From positions 3,304,211 to 3,344,210 of the forward strand of contig NZ_AP028978.1 in assembly GCF_036512875.1 (NCBI RefSeq): a stretch of 40,000 bases of DNA, in the 5' to 3' direction. Every line of letters begins with the position of its first letter. Position 1 is the stretch's first letter. Both the position numbers and the translations under genes were made by a program. Source of the DNA: Xenorhabdus taiwanensis (GTDB lineage Bacteria > Pseudomonadota > Gammaproteobacteria > Enterobacterales > Enterobacteriaceae). Of this stretch, positions 1-11,218 are shown in pieces. The notes under the pieces were generated by a model, which ran no database searches, was not told the DNA's origin, and saw nothing but the letters and a program-made list of their open reading frames with translations.

Positions 1-411
1 GCTAATCTCTTATAGGCTGGATTGTTAATGGGTAGCAATTTATATAAGCGAGACATAAATGTTTTCACGTCGAATTGCTCCAGTATTTCCTTGTCTAACT
101 TATCCAGATTGGCATCCACTTCTTTGGAAAGGGGATTGGCAGGAACATGGTGATAATGCGCCCCATTCCATATTCGATCGGGTTTATCCATAATTTCGCT
201 GCTATCACGATAATCAATGATCTGCAAAAGGTTTTGATCCACTAAAAAAGCCTGATCATTGTCTGTCAGTCTGTCCAGTGAACCGGAACGAAATAACAAT
301 CCTGGTTTAATTCTGGTGCCGTTGTTCAGTGTCTTATTACCTAAATCACGAAAATTAATGCCGCCATTCAAAGGAAGTAGTGAAGGATGAGATAGAAATG
401 TTGTGGTCATA
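1..411 (-). CDS. Tyrosine-protein-phosphatase-family protein (Y_phosphatase3-like). It is 3'-truncated by the window edge and its 5' end is ambiguous or frameshifted.
   Basis: This gene is not in the ORF track because it runs off the edge. The minus-strand reading from the ATG at 368 gives MAAINFRDLGNKTLNNGTRIKPGLLFRSGSLDRLTDNDQAFLVDQNLLQIIDYRD..., and NFRDLG...LFRS is the family signature. An upstream ATG at 411 gives MTTTFLSHPSLLPLNGGH and then a stop. Removing one C from the GGCGGCC run (about 360-366) would join it as ...LNGGINFRDLG. Confidence 0.5.
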
Positions 412-525
412 GTCACTCTTGTTGCGATTAAAAAATAGTTAATAGAACAAACTATCTATTAGTACAAAATGCTATGACATTAGCAAATTTTAAAATGAAA
501 GGAAGAAAAGATCGCACAAACGATA

Positions 526-545
526 GGGCCAGAATATTCTGACCC
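526..545 (-). terminator. Possible udp terminator hairpin
   Basis: A near-palindrome, gggccagaatattctgaccc, lies 14 bp past the udp stop. The stem has one mismatch and only a weak T-rich tail on the minus strand. Confidence 0.35.
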
Positions 546-558
546 TTGATGAAAGACG

Positions 559-1314
559 TTACAACAGACGGCGGGTGGCCTCCACAACTATCCCCAACGC
601 ATGACTTTCTGTTTGCTTCAGTAATTCAGCATCTGGGATTTCCTGTTGGGTTCGGTTAACAATCACACCCGCTACCATACCAGCCCGCAGTCCCTGACTT
701 GCACACATGGTCAGTAATGTTGCTGATTCCATCTCAAAGTTCATTACGCCCATTTCTTGCCATTCTTTCATCGAACCCTGAAAACGACGAACGACACGGC
801 CAGAATAAGTATCGTAACGTTCCTGACCTGGATAGAAAGTATCAGAAGAGGCAGTAATACCAACATGGGTAGCAGAACCAGATGCTTTTGCTGCTTCATA
901 CAAAGCATTTGTGCACTCAAAATCAGCAACCGCAGGGAACTCCATTGGGGCAAAGTGCAAGCTGGCACCATCCAAACGAACCGCGGCAGTCGTAACCAAT
1001 ACATCCCCTACATTGATATGTGGCTGAATTGCACCAGTTGTTCCGATACGCAGGAAAGTACGAACTCCCAACTGTGCCAATTCCTCTACAGCAATCGACG
1101 TTGAGGGACCGCCAATGCCTGTAGAGCAGACAACCACGGACTTTCCGTCAATTTCTGCACGCCAGGTTGTAAATTCACGGTGGGAAGCCAAATGTACTGG
1201 GTTATCCATCAGGCGCGCAATTTTCTCAACACGGTTAGGATCGCCGGGTACAATCGCCAGAATTGCGCCTTGCAGATCGCTTTTGGTGATACCTAAGTGA
1301 AACACATCAGACAT
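559..1314 (-). CDS. udp: Uridine phosphorylase
   Basis: The translation is near-colinear with E. coli Udp ([25 protein letters not shown]...VVEA.RRLL). I prefer the ATG at 1314, which has a GAGGAG Shine-Dalgarno 6 nt upstream (1321-1326). The track start at 1335 would add 7 residues absent from E. coli Udp. Confidence 0.95.
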   Translation of the reverse strand: MSDVFHLGITKSDLQGAILAIVPGDPNRVEKIARLMDNPVHLASHREFTTWRAEIDGKSVVVCSTGIGGPSTSIAVEELAQLGVRTFLRIGTTGAIQPHINVGDVLVTTAAVRLDGASLHFAPMEFPAVADFECTNALYEAAKASGSATHVGITASSDTFYPGQERYDTYSGRVVRRFQGSMKEWQEMGVMNFEMESATLLTMCASQGLRAGMVAGVIVNRTQQEIPDAELLKQTESHALGIVVEATRRLL

Positions 1315-1383
1315 ATCAGACTCCTCAACGGACATGATTCAAAATATGAATACCTAAATTTAGTCACTACTCTGACATTTTTT

Positions 1384-1399
1384 AGTGATTTAAATCATC
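1384..1399. promoter_or_regulatory. Weaker CRP-like site proximal to udp
   Basis: The sequence is AGTGA-tttaaa-TCATC. Its centre lies 52 bp from the strong CRP site and about 77 bp upstream of the udp ATG. Confidence 0.4.
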
Positions 1400-1432
1400 T
1401 TTAATTGATCTAAATAAGAAACACATACATAA

Positions 1433-1454
1433 ATTTGTGATAAATATCACATTT
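1433..1454. promoter_or_regulatory. CRP (cAMP receptor protein) binding site upstream of udp
   Basis: atTTGTGAtaaataTCACAttt has perfect TGTGA-N6-TCACA half-sites and is a perfect 22-bp palindrome. udp is a classical CRP/CytR-controlled gene in E. coli. Confidence 0.7.
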
Positions 1455-1499
1455 AAAAATAACGCCCTCTACAGATCGCTATAGCTATTCACATAAAAG

Positions 1500-2888
1500 T
1501 TACATGACGAGATTAAGAAGCAATACACCACACAATCCGATTCCCCATGCAATTGTGGTAGGAATCGACCAAACGATAATCTGCTGCCTTGCATTTTTAA
1601 TGCCCATCATCCGGTTAACCACCCAGAAAAAGCAGTCATTGAAGTAACTGAAAAACAGTGTACCCATCATCGCAGCTTGAGCCGCCACCAACATATTAAC
1701 ATCCGGTATCTGCTTGATAACCGGCGCAGAAATAGAAGCCGCAGTTATCATTGCCACTGTACCAGAGCCTTGAATTATGCGTATGAGCGTTGCAATGATA
1801 AATGGAATCAAAACAGGTGTTATGGGCAGGCCGGCAATATAATGCGCTAATATCGTCCCTGTTGAGCCTTCGTTCAACACGGCGCCTAATGCTCCTCCCG
1901 CTCCTGACACCAACAAAATAATGCCTACCGTTTTTAACCCTGTTTCCAGATGTTCAGTTACTTCATGCTTACTGACGTTTGGCATTAAGGTATAAACCGC
2001 CAGTAATACACTGATTGCCAGCGCAATAATGGGGGATCCTAGAAAATCAAAAATCTGAAAATAGAAAGCGTTCTCCCCACCAGCAAACTCATCAGTTTTC
2101 AATATCATTCCATTAATGACACCAATAAAAATCAGGACAATTGGCACGACGATGGGTAAAAGAGAAAGAAACAGGCTAGGAAGTGATTTTTGCTCTTTTT
2201 CTTCCATATAACGCTGATGTACTTGTGGCAAATTTTCTGCACTTTCTTCTGAATCACCAAGTTGATATTCAGGATATTTAGTCTCCAACCATTTTGCATA
2301 GCAGGTAATCCCAATGACGCAAGGCACCGCCAGTATCATACCAGCCAGCATCATTTGGCCGATACTCACTCCGAATATTCCGGCGACACCAAGCGGCCCT
2401 GGTGTTGGAGGAACAATATGGTGAGTCACCACTAACCCTCCCGCCAAAGCAACCCCAAGGGACAATACATTGCGTTTACCTTTCTTCGCCAATGCTTTCA
2501 CCAGCGGATAGAGGATCACAAAAGCCGAATTCACAAATATGGGGATACTGACAATATAACCGGTAATCGCCAAAGCCCACTCTTCGCGCCTTTTACCCAG
2601 CCATTTAATCAGGCTAAAAGCGATCTGTTCGGTTGCTCCCGAGACTTCTAATATCCTCCCCATCATGCATCCCAATCCAATCACGATACCGATGTTGCCT
2701 AATGTCGAACCAAATCCTTTAGCGATCACTTCAACGATATTATTCATAGACAAACCACCTGATATTCCGGCGATTATTGCCACAATTAGCATAGCAATCA
2801 GGACATGAACGCGAGTCCGCAAGACCAGAAAAACCAGCGTAAATACCGCCACTCCCAACCCTATAATTGGAATATAAAACTCCATCAC
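1500..2888 (-). CDS. GntP-family (gluconate:H+ symporter family) permease
   Basis: This is a 462-aa polytopic membrane protein with the PPTPGP motif. It has the GntP-type layout of a central hydrophilic loop between two hydrophobic halves. Confidence 0.85.
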   Translation of the reverse strand: MMEFYIPIIGLGVAVFTLVFLVLRTRVHVLIAMLIVAIIAGISGGLSMNNIVEVIAKGFGSTLGNIGIVIGLGCMMGRILEVSGATEQIAFSLIKWLGKRREEWALAITGYIVSIPIFVNSAFVILYPLVKALAKKGKRNVLSLGVALAGGLVVTHHIVPPTPGPLGVAGIFGVSIGQMMLAGMILAVPCVIGITCYAKWLETKYPEYQLGDSEESAENLPQVHQRYMEEKEQKSLPSLFLSLLPIVVPIVLIFIGVINGMILKTDEFAGGENAFYFQIFDFLGSPIIALAISVLLAVYTLMPNVSKHEVTEHLETGLKTVGIILLVSGAGGALGAVLNEGSTGTILAHYIAGLPITPVLIPFIIATLIRIIQGSGTVAMITAASISAPVIKQIPDVNMLVAAQAAMMGTLFFSYFNDCFFWVVNRMMGIKNARQQIIVWSIPTTIAWGIGLCGVLLLNLVM

Positions 2889-3228
2889 AAAACCTCATTA
2901 AAAATGGATAAATTGGAACATGCCATATTTGCTATGCTTTTCGCTATCAGAAATCGATATTTCTCCAAGGAAAATTTTAGATAGCATCTGTTTTATAAAA
3001 CAATCCGCAAAAATACATTGCACAAGGGAGAAAGTGATTATTTATTATTAATCAGGACGGTGACAATAAGAGAGGATAGTTGAGATGAAAAATGAAAATC
3101 GCTTGACAATTATGTGTTGAAAATGAACCTGCCAGAAAAATAAATTTCTTTTTCACCCGCCACATTGCACTCACTGTGACGGGTATTCTCAGCTTATTTA
3201 AATTTAAACTGCTTGATTAAACTCTAAG

Positions 3229-5508
3229 TTAACTGTTTAACGAAGAGCGCAAGCGTTTTGCCGCTTCAACCATGTTTGCCAACGCTTGTCTGGTTTCCGT
3301 CCAACCACGAGTTTTCAAGCCGCAGTCAGGATTAACCCACAAACGCTCGACCGGAATACGATCAGCCGCTTTGCGTAACAATGCCTCAATCCATTCAACA
3401 CTAGGGACGTTTGGTGAATGAATGTCATACACACCAGGCCCTATCTCATTCGGATATGAGAAATCTTCAAACGAATCCAGCAACTCCATATCCGAGCGTG
3501 AGGTTTCAATGGTGATCACATCCGCATCCAGTGCTGCAATGGATGGCATGATGTCATTGAACTCGCAATAACACATATGAGTGTGGATTTGGGTGTCATC
3601 TTTCGCGATTGCTGCACTCAGTTTGAAAGCATCCACCGCCCACTCCAGATATTCCTGCCACTCTTCTCTGCGCAGTGGTAAGCCTTCCCGCAATGCAGGT
3701 TCATCAATCTGGATAATGCCAATGCCTGCTTTCTGCAAATCATCAACTTCATCCCGCAAAGCCAACGCGATCTGTTTAGCGATGGTTTCACGGCTGACAT
3801 CTTCCCTTGGGAATGACCAACAGAGAATGGTTACAGGCCCCGTCAACATGCCTTTGACTGGCTTATCAGTCAAGGATTGCGCATATGTCGCCCAGTTTAC
3901 CGTTATCGCCTCTGGACGGCTAATATCGCCAATGATTACCGGTGGTTTCACGCAACGGGAGCCATAACTCTGCACCCAACCATTTTGGGTAAAGACATAA
4001 CCGTCAAAGTGTTCACCGAAATATTCCACCATGTCGTTACGCTCAGCTTCACCATGTACCAATACATCCAGCCCCAAATGTTCCTGCTCTTGGATCGCCT
4101 GTTTGATATGCTCACTGATGTTGGCTCGGTAGTGCGTACTATCCACCCGACCTTTTTTGAAATCGAGACGCAGGCTACGAATTTCCGTTGTTTGTGGGAA
4201 TGAACCTATGGTTGTTGTTGGCCACAGCGGTAAGTTATAACGTTGACGCTGAAGTTTAGCACGCTCAGGATATACCTGATTACGTTCACTATCCTGTGGC
4301 TTTATTGCCGCAATACGTTCAGCAACCGCTGCATTATTCACCCTTGTGGAACTGCGACGAGCACGAATTGGGGCACTATAGGCATCCAGCTCAACCTGTT
4401 TATTGCCTTCTGGTGCATTCAATGCTTGTGATAACAAAGAAAGTTCCGCACATTTTTGCAATGCAAAGGCAAACCAGCTTTTCACTTCTTCATCCAACCC
4501 AGTTTCATCATTCAGATCAATGGGGCTATGAAGCAATGAACAGGACGTGCCGATCCACACATTTCTCTTACCAACCAATGGTGCAACAAGCTGATATTTC
4601 TCACTCAAATCGGCTCGCCAAACATTGCGGCCGTTAATTACACCCAATGAAAGCAACCAATCTTCCGGTACAGATTTATCCAAATTCTCAAGAGAATCCC
4701 TTCCTGCAACCAAATCAACATGCAATCCTTGTACTGGCAGCGATTTTATGGTCTCCAGATTGTGACCGATGCTATCGAAATAGGTCGTCAGCAACAATTT
4801 CACTTGTCCCTCAAGTGCTTGATAAGCTGTTGAGAATGCCGCCAGCCACTCTTCTGGTAATTCCAGTACCAGAGCTGGTTCATCAATTTGTACCCATTCA
4901 ATGCCACGTTTTGCCAGTTCCGCCAGCACTTGCTGGTATACCGGCAGGATATCTTTTAATAGAGACAAGCGATCAAAAACTTTGCCTTTCACCTTACCGA
5001 GCCATAAATAGGTCACGGGTCCCAAAAGAACAGGTTTTACGCTGTGCCCTAGTGCCAAAGCTTCATCAACTTCGTCCAACAATTGAGTCCAACCCAGTTT
5101 AAATTCCTGCCCTTCCTGAAATTCAGGCACGATATAGTGATAATTTGTGTTGAACCATTTCGTCATTTCCGAAGCTGCCGCAGGTGTGCCTGTTGGTGCC
5201 CGCCCACGAGCGATACGAAACAGTGTATCCAGATCAATATTGCCATCTTCATTTTGATGACGCGGTGGAACATTGCCCAGTAACAGGCTTGTAGTCAATA
5301 CTTGGTCATACCAGGCAAAATCACCAACGGGGACTAAATCAACACCCGCTTCTTTTTGTTGTTGCCAGTGACTTGCACGTAATTCACGACCTGTCTCCAG
5401 CAATTCCTGTTGAGAAATTTTACCCGCCCAATAGTTTTCTTGCGCCTTTTTTAGTTCTCTTTTCAATCCGATACGTGGAAAACCTAATGTATGATTCAAA
5501 ACCGTCAT
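3229..5508 (-). CDS. metE: Cobalamin-independent methionine synthase (5-methyltetrahydropteroyltriglutamate-homocysteine methyltransferase)
   Basis: The 759-aa product is colinear with E. coli MetE ([22 protein letters not shown]...). It has the C-terminal HTHMCY and PDCGLKTR zinc-site motifs. Confidence 0.97.
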   Translation of the reverse strand: MTVLNHTLGFPRIGLKRELKKAQENYWAGKISQQELLETGRELRASHWQQQKEAGVDLVPVGDFAWYDQVLTTSLLLGNVPPRHQNEDGNIDLDTLFRIARGRAPTGTPAAASEMTKWFNTNYHYIVPEFQEGQEFKLGWTQLLDEVDEALALGHSVKPVLLGPVTYLWLGKVKGKVFDRLSLLKDILPVYQQVLAELAKRGIEWVQIDEPALVLELPEEWLAAFSTAYQALEGQVKLLLTTYFDSIGHNLETIKSLPVQGLHVDLVAGRDSLENLDKSVPEDWLLSLGVINGRNVWRADLSEKYQLVAPLVGKRNVWIGTSCSLLHSPIDLNDETGLDEEVKSWFAFALQKCAELSLLSQALNAPEGNKQVELDAYSAPIRARRSSTRVNNAAVAERIAAIKPQDSERNQVYPERAKLQRQRYNLPLWPTTTIGSFPQTTEIRSLRLDFKKGRVDSTHYRANISEHIKQAIQEQEHLGLDVLVHGEAERNDMVEYFGEHFDGYVFTQNGWVQSYGSRCVKPPVIIGDISRPEAITVNWATYAQSLTDKPVKGMLTGPVTILCWSFPREDVSRETIAKQIALALRDEVDDLQKAGIGIIQIDEPALREGLPLRREEWQEYLEWAVDAFKLSAAIAKDDTQIHTHMCYCEFNDIMPSIAALDADVITIETSRSDMELLDSFEDFSYPNEIGPGVYDIHSPNVPSVEWIEALLRKAADRIPVERLWVNPDCGLKTRGWTETRQALANMVEAAKRLRSSLNS

Positions 5509-5528
5509 GTCGTCACCCGTAAATTTTT

Positions 5529-5552
5529 AGCCGTCTAGATGTTTACACTTCT
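5529..5552. promoter_or_regulatory. MetJ operator made of three tandem met boxes
   Basis: AGCCGTCT AGATGTTT ACACTTCT match the AGACGTCT consensus at 7/8, 6/8 and 6/8. They lie in the metE-metR divergent intergenic region. Confidence 0.55.
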
Positions 5553-5604
5553 ATAATCAACAGGTAGTGTATAAACCACAAGCGCAAATTATTCATTATC
5601 ATCT

Positions 5605-5617
5605 TGAAGGTTTTTCA
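5605..5617. promoter_or_regulatory. Candidate MetR binding site
   Basis: TGAAggTttTTCA matches the remembered MetR consensus TGAA-N5-TTCA with a central T. It abuts the metR start codon, so it may be coincidental. Confidence 0.35.
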
Positions 5618-6573
5618 TGATCGAGCTAAAACACTTAAAAACACTACAAGCACTGAACCATTGTGGCTCACTCGCAGCAGCGGCAAATTATTTGCACCAA
5701 ACGCAATCTGCCCTTTCCCATCAGTTCAGTGAATTAGAACACCGGCTGGGATTTAAATTATTTATTCGTAAAAGCCAACCCTTGAAGCTAACGGCTCAAG
5801 GAGAAGTGTTATTAAAGTTGGCAGAGCAAGTCTTACCCTTAGTGACAGCTTCCTTACGTCAATGCCATGAGCCGGAAGAGACAAACTTACGCATCGCCAT
5901 TGAGTGTCATAGCTGTATTCAATGGCTGACACCCGCACTTAAGCGTTTTCGTGAAAGTTGGCCACAGGTTAATGTAGACTTTAAATCTGGAGTGACATTT
6001 GATCCTCAACCAGCCCTGCAAAAACGCGAACTGGATATTGTTCTGACATCTGACATTATTGCAGACAGTAACCTGCACTATACGCCACTGTTTGATTATG
6101 AAGTGAAATTGGTGATCGCACCAGATCATCCACTGGCAAATAAACGCGATATTCGTCCACAAGATCTCGCGGCCGAAACTTTGCTGATTTATCCTGTCCA
6201 ACGCCAACGGATGGATATCTGGCGACGTTTTCTCCAACCTGCGGATATTACTCCAACATTAAAAACTGTCGACAATACGCTATTGTTAATTCAGATGGTT
6301 GCCGCCCGATTGGGTATTGCCGCCTTACCACACTGGGCGGTGGAAACATTCGAAAGACAAGGATTGATTGTAACCCAAACATTGGGAGAGGGATTATGGA
6401 GCAGATTGTACGCTGCCAGCCGAGAAGGGGAGCAGCGCCAACCCGCTATTGATACTTTTATTCGTTCTGCGCGCCAGCACGCAGTGGACAATTTGCCGTT
6501 TGTGAAACGGGTTTCAGTATCCAACGGTGATGCACCCAAAGTGACGCAACAATCAGGCTGCCTCCAATGGTAA
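5617..6573 (+). CDS. metR: LysR-family transcriptional activator MetR
   Basis: The 318-aa product has an N-terminal LysR HTH ([12 protein letters not shown]...[19 protein letters not shown]) and is colinear with E. coli MetR. It is divergent from metE, as in E. coli. Confidence 0.95.
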   Translation: MIELKHLKTLQALNHCGSLAAAANYLHQTQSALSHQFSELEHRLGFKLFIRKSQPLKLTAQGEVLLKLAEQVLPLVTASLRQCHEPEETNLRIAIECHSCIQWLTPALKRFRESWPQVNVDFKSGVTFDPQPALQKRELDIVLTSDIIADSNLHYTPLFDYEVKLVIAPDHPLANKRDIRPQDLAAETLLIYPVQRQRMDIWRRFLQPADITPTLKTVDNTLLLIQMVAARLGIAALPHWAVETFERQGLIVTQTLGEGLWSRLYAASREGEQRQPAIDTFIRSARQHAVDNLPFVKRVSVSNGDAPKVTQQSGCLQW

Positions 6574-7357
6574 AGCTCAGCCAATTAGGATGCTGCTGCC
6601 AAATTGCAAAATTGACCAATAACCCCGCCGGAACCAACATATTATTCATAATTGCCAGTGCTCCGGCATCCACTTGGGTGGCACCATAGTTCCACATAAA
6701 GTAGCCAATCCCCGACGCACCAACACCCAGCCAAATCAAAACGCCCCACTGTAGCTGAGTTTTTGGTAATTTTTGCGGATCACCAAACATGAGCCAACCG
6801 ATGATAGCAACAACACAAGCGCCCAGATAGAACCATGAAAATGCCACTCGTTGTGGAATTGGATGGACCTCCATCAAGCGCTTATAACCAACCTGACCAA
6901 TCGCAAAGAAAATATTTGCCAATTGTACTAGCAGCAAGCCAACCCAGAAAGATTCACTCAATCGGTCATAGCGAATAATCGCTGCACCAGCCACTGCCAA
7001 TAAAGAACTCAAGGCATACCCCCAGCGTAATCGCTGGCGCCCCATCAGGTCATAAACTAATGTGACATAGAGCGGCGTCATGATGGTAAACAGTAAAAAT
7101 TCTGCCACAGTCAGGTAATGATAGGCATGAAATACAAACAAATACATCACACCAAGCTGACAGGCACCGACGGCCATATACAGTGAAATGACTTTAAGAG
7201 ATAACCCACGCCAGCGTAAAAATGGTAAAAAAACCATTGCTGCCAACATGACCCTGACAAGAACCGAAAACCAGCTATCAACCTGACCGGCGAGATAAGC
7301 GCCAATCAGGCTAAATGAGGCGGCCCACAAAAATGTTGTGATCGTTAACAGCCACAT
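6458..7357 (-). CDS. yigM: EamA/DMT-family transporter, YigM (BioP)-like
   Basis: The 299-aa product has 10 predicted TM segments. It matches E. coli YigM in length, in its position next to metR, and in sequence strings ([40 protein letters not shown]). Confidence 0.8.
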   Translation of the reverse strand: MWLLTITTFLWAASFSLIGAYLAGQVDSWFSVLVRVMLAAMVFLPFLRWRGLSLKVISLYMAVGACQLGVMYLFVFHAYHYLTVAEFLLFTIMTPLYVTLVYDLMGRQRLRWGYALSSLLAVAGAAIIRYDRLSESFWVGLLLVQLANIFFAIGQVGYKRLMEVHPIPQRVAFSWFYLGACVVAIIGWLMFGDPQKLPKTQLQWGVLIWLGVGASGIGYFMWNYGATQVDAGALAIMNNMLVPAGLLVNFAIWQQHPNWLSFTIGGSLIVASLWVHHRWILKPVSQTANCPLRAGAQNE

Positions 7358-7378
7358 AATTTATAGGTCTTTTACCTT

Positions 7379-9028
7379 TTATTGATCTTTTTCCACTAAA
7401 AGCGCTTCCAGCAAATCAAGATCATGCAGCAACGTTTGTAGCGTTTCATTACTAATCTTACGGGTTGCACGCAGGTGATATAACTCTCCTCGTTCAGCCC
7501 TTAATGCCGTCAAACGGAAGCGCCGCTCTAAATCTTCAACCATCAGGTTATGCTCGATTTCATCCGTTCCCGCAGTACGGCGCCGTAAATAACCGGTAAC
7601 ACGAGAAGCAATTTCACTAATAACTTCTGCATCCAGTTTTTCTTCAGTGCTGGCCGACAGACGCTCTTCCATCTTATTCATACTGACAATCGCAACTTCA
7701 GCCATTGCCGCTTTTGCCATTCTGATTTCATTGAGATCTGCCAGCTTATCTCCAACTTTCATGCCACGCAGCAGCAAAGGCAAAGCGATAACCCCGACAA
7801 AAAGGGAGAACAGAATCACACCCGCAGCAATGAAAATTAACTGATAACGTGCCGGGAACGGATCACCATCTGGCAAGAACAATGGCACCGACAACGCACC
7901 TGCCAGCGTAATTGCCCCACGAACCCCCGCAAATGAAGCCAACCATAACTCACGAGTCGTATAAGAGGCAAACTGAAGCGGTTTTTTCTTTATCAGCATC
8001 TTGCTGGTATTTTTCATCAGCCATAACCAAGTGAATCGCAGTAATACCAGCGCAACGTAAATGACACCAACGACAGCGAACAGCATCCAGGTTTCAACAT
8101 TTGGGTCAAGCTCAGCTTGAGCTACCGATGTTTCCCAGATGCCCGGCAATTGCAGCCCCAGCATGATAAACACCAGGCCATTGAAGACAAAGGCCAGCAT
8201 TCCCCATACATTATCAGCCCGCAGACGCATATCCAGTGGAGCGTTGCGGATCACTCCGGCTTTACTGATAGTCATACCTGCGGCAACCGCAGCCAAAATC
8301 CCTGATACACCGATATGTTCAGCAATCATATAGGAAGCAAACGGTAACAGCATCATAAACATGATTTGAGTTGCAGGATCATCCCCACTCCAGCGACTCA
8401 TCAAGCGTAGTGATTTACTGTATAACCATGTGATGGCGATACCCGACAACAAACCACCAATCGCAACCTTGAAAAACTCCACCGTTGCGCCAGTGACAGT
8501 AAATACCATTGTGCCCATGGCAATCGCCACAGCAAATTTCAGCGCCACCAGACCGGAAGCATCATTCATTAATGCCTCCCCTTCCAGCACGCTCATCATA
8601 TTTTTAGGAATACGCCCTTTTCCAACAATTGATGACAATGCCACCGCATCTGTTGGGGATAATACCGCCGCCAGTGCAAAAGCAGCAATAAGTGGGATAC
8701 TCGGCAATAACCAATAGATCAAATAGCCAATGCCAATAACCGTCACCAATACCAATACTAAAACTAAAATGACGATTTCACGCCCATGCTGGAAAAACTC
8801 TCTGGTTGGTGTTTTCCAACCATCAACAAATAACAAAGGAGGGATAAGTAAAACGAGGAAGAGTTCAGGATCAAAAGTAACGTGTAAACCAAAATGAGGC
8901 CAGGCCAGCAACGCTCCCATTGCTATTTGCACTATCGGCAAGGGGATACGTAACGGAATCATTTTAGTAAGAACACCAGAAACTGACACCACCAAAATCA
9001 AGATCAAGATAGTAAAGAATATTTCCAT
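7379..9028 (-). CDS. yjcE: CPA1-family Na+(K+)/H+ antiporter, YjcE-like
   Basis: This is a polytopic N-terminal exchanger domain followed by a cytoplasmic charged tail. It sits next to ghxP, as yjcD-yjcE do in E. coli. I use the ATG at 9028 (AAGGG Shine-Dalgarno upstream) rather than the track's TTG at 9049. Confidence 0.85.
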   Translation of the reverse strand: MEIFFTILILILVVSVSGVLTKMIPLRIPLPIVQIAMGALLAWPHFGLHVTFDPELFLVLLIPPLLFVDGWKTPTREFFQHGREIVILVLVLVLVTVIGIGYLIYWLLPSIPLIAAFALAAVLSPTDAVALSSIVGKGRIPKNMMSVLEGEALMNDASGLVALKFAVAIAMGTMVFTVTGATVEFFKVAIGGLLSGIAITWLYSKSLRLMSRWSGDDPATQIMFMMLLPFASYMIAEHIGVSGILAAVAAGMTISKAGVIRNAPLDMRLRADNVWGMLAFVFNGLVFIMLGLQLPGIWETSVAQAELDPNVETWMLFAVVGVIYVALVLLRFTWLWLMKNTSKMLIKKKPLQFASYTTRELWLASFAGVRGAITLAGALSVPLFLPDGDPFPARYQLIFIAAGVILFSLFVGVIALPLLLRGMKVGDKLADLNEIRMAKAAMAEVAIVSMNKMEERLSASTEEKLDAEVISEIASRVTGYLRRRTAGTDEIEHNLMVEDLERRFRLTALRAERGELYHLRATRKISNETLQTLLHDLDLLEALLVEKDQ

Positions 9029-9285
9029 GTTACCCTTACAAATTGCCAAAAATCCGTCAGTGGAAAGATTGTGACTGTTTTTTACTGTTAATAATAGCGC
9101 TAATAACCATAAATATTACAGTTATTAAAGAAAATCAAAAAGCAATCACATAGTGAATCAATAAATATTGATTCATTTTTCTATTTTATGCTTATCGACT
9201 TGAGCGTGTTGAAAAATTAATACTTTTTAGAATGTGCCTGGCAATCACAGTATGACTAACATTGGAATAGTAAGGATGTGAAGGG

Positions 9286-9311
9286 ATGCGCAAACCCTAT
9301 TGTTTGCGCAT
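9286..9311 (-). terminator. Strong hairpin immediately downstream of ghxP, a possible terminator or mRNA-end stabiliser
   Basis: atgcgcaaac-cctatt-gtttgcgcat forms a perfect 10-bp stem starting 11 bp past the ghxP stop. There is no clear U-tract on the minus strand, hence the modest confidence. Confidence 0.4.
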
Positions 9312-9321
9312 TCTATTTTAA

Positions 9322-10668
9322 TTAGATGGCCCAATTTCCGGCATAAAATACCACTAATACAATGGCAAGTATCACTGTACCAATATTCAGTTTACGCCAT
9401 TCGCCCGAAAAAATACGCCCAACAACCAGCGCACTGAAACCCAGCATAATACCTGTGACGATATTACAAGTCAGCACGATAAATACGGCGCACAATAAAC
9501 CTGACATTGCATCAACAAAATCATCAAAATTCAGCTTTCGCACATTACTCAGCATCAGTAATCCGACATACATCAAGGCAGGAGCCGTAGCATAGCCAGG
9601 AACCAAATACGACAGCGGAGACAGGAATAAAATCAACAGGAATAAAATACCAACTATGGAGGCGGTTAAACCCGTTTTTCCGCCAGCAGCGGTTCCTGCG
9701 GCAGACTCAATATAAACCGCGGCGGGGGAAGAACCGATCGCACCGGCAAAAATACTACTAACAGAATCTGCTGTCAGTGCCTTGCCACCATTGATAATCT
9801 GGCCTCTCTTATCCAATAAATTGGCTTGTCCCGCCACAGCCCGAATTGTACCTGTTGCATCAAATATCGCTGTCATTACCAGCGCCAAAACACTAGGTAA
9901 TACAATAGGCTGTAACGCTCCCATAATATCCATACTGAACATCAGGGACAGACCATCTTCCCCCAATGTAGGAAACTTAAAGAACCCTTGATATTTAACG
10001 GCTGGATCAAAAATCAAACCGATGATAGAAATTGCGATAATCACCAACAGAATACCGCCCGGCACTTTTTTTCGCTCCAGACCGATAATTCCCGCCAGTC
10101 CCAATAGCGTCATAACTACAGGAAATGAATTCAATGAACCAAACGCAACAGGCAAACCTGCATGTGGATTCTTAATCACCAAGCCAACACCATTGGCTGC
10201 AATTAACAATAAAAATAACCCGATGCCAATACCCGTTCCATGTGCAATGCCCATTGGCATATTACGCAAAATCCACGCTCGCACGCCCGTTACTGAAATT
10301 AACGTAAATAGACACCCCATCAGGAACACCGCACCGAGTGCCACGGGAATGCTTACCTGCTGCCCTAATACCAGGCTGAATGCGGTAAATGCAGTCAATG
10401 AGATCGCACAACCAATCGCCATTGGCAAATTGACCCACAATCCCATCAATAACGAACCGATACCAGTCACCAGACAAACAGAAATAAACACAGCGGTATG
10501 AGGAAATCCGGCTTGCCCAAGCATCCCCGGTACCACAATAACGGAATAGACCATCGCCAAAAATGTCGTTAATCCGGCAAGAATTTCCTGACGTACCGTC
10601 GATCCACGTTCAGTAATCTTAAAATACCTATCGAGTTTGCATTGAGTTGGTGCCTGCATACCAGACAT
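9322..10668 (-). CDS. ghxP: NCS2/AzgA-family guanine/hypoxanthine permease
   Basis: The 448-aa product matches remembered E. coli GhxP/YjcD (449 aa) over long strings: [63 protein letters not shown]. Confidence 0.85.
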   Translation of the reverse strand: MSGMQAPTQCKLDRYFKITERGSTVRQEILAGLTTFLAMVYSVIVVPGMLGQAGFPHTAVFISVCLVTGIGSLLMGLWVNLPMAIGCAISLTAFTAFSLVLGQQVSIPVALGAVFLMGCLFTLISVTGVRAWILRNMPMGIAHGTGIGIGLFLLLIAANGVGLVIKNPHAGLPVAFGSLNSFPVVMTLLGLAGIIGLERKKVPGGILLVIIAISIIGLIFDPAVKYQGFFKFPTLGEDGLSLMFSMDIMGALQPIVLPSVLALVMTAIFDATGTIRAVAGQANLLDKRGQIINGGKALTADSVSSIFAGAIGSSPAAVYIESAAGTAAGGKTGLTASIVGILFLLILFLSPLSYLVPGYATAPALMYVGLLMLSNVRKLNFDDFVDAMSGLLCAVFIVLTCNIVTGIMLGFSALVVGRIFSGEWRKLNIGTVILAIVLVVFYAGNWAI

Positions 10669-10736
10669 GTTTTTCCCCTGCTTCTGTTAAATATGTCGCT
10701 TTAAAAAACGCTCATTCTATTTCTTCACTTCTCCAA

Positions 10737-10752
10737 ACGAAAACGATTACGT
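10737..10752. promoter_or_regulatory. Candidate PurR operator upstream of ghxP
   Basis: ACGAAAACGATTACGT matches the palindromic PurR consensus ACGCAAACGTTTGCGT at 13/16. It lies 69-84 bp upstream of the ghxP ATG. Confidence 0.55.
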
Positions 10753-11218
10753 CACAAGATAATAAAAATCAATGCTGTGTTCATTGGTTCAACCATTCGC
10801 TTGCGCAATCGTTTGGCTTTTTGGGTAAAGAAACTGTGAGAAAATTTGAGGCGGACGATTATCCAGTGAATCAGGGATAAGAATCAAGCGATAATCACAT
10901 CGAAGATGATAAAACTCATGCGCTGTATTTTGTATGTTAACAAGGTAACTGGTTAACATTGAGGCATATTTACTCAATAATGAGAAAAAGAATATTTTGC
11001 CGTAGGAAATTCTGGTCTTCTAACTCAGTTATCAAAGCCGTAGATTTGCTGGCTGATGAAATAGGTCTTATAACCTATAATAATCAATATATTACCTAAT
11101 TCCTGCGCCATATCGACACATTTTTATGCGGCCTTTAAGCCTGACCTTGTGTAAAATCCCCTCAATTCGATTTTTGACTGGTTCATTAGGATTTCTGTAA
11201 GAATTAAGGAGATAAACC

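Noticed and set aside
3155-3184. A 10-bp-stem hairpin (acccgccaca...tgtgacgggt, one mismatch) 45 bp downstream of metE.
   Set aside because: It has no U-tract after the stem in the metE direction, so I cannot support it as an intrinsic terminator. It may still be an mRNA-stabilising structure.
3581-5283. A series of plus-strand ORFs of 60-151 aa lying inside metE. The same phenomenon occurs opposite udp, the GntP gene, yjcE, ghxP, uvrA, tyrB, alr, dnaB and dusA.
   Set aside because: They lie entirely antisense to long, well-conserved genes. Their translations are low-complexity with no recognisable motifs or Shine-Dalgarno sequences. They are shadow ORFs.
6458-6573. A 116-bp convergent overlap of the metR and yigM 3' ends.
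   Set aside because: Both products have the same lengths and similar C-terminal tails as their E. coli orthologues. The overlap therefore appears to be the conserved normal arrangement, not an anomaly or mis-call.
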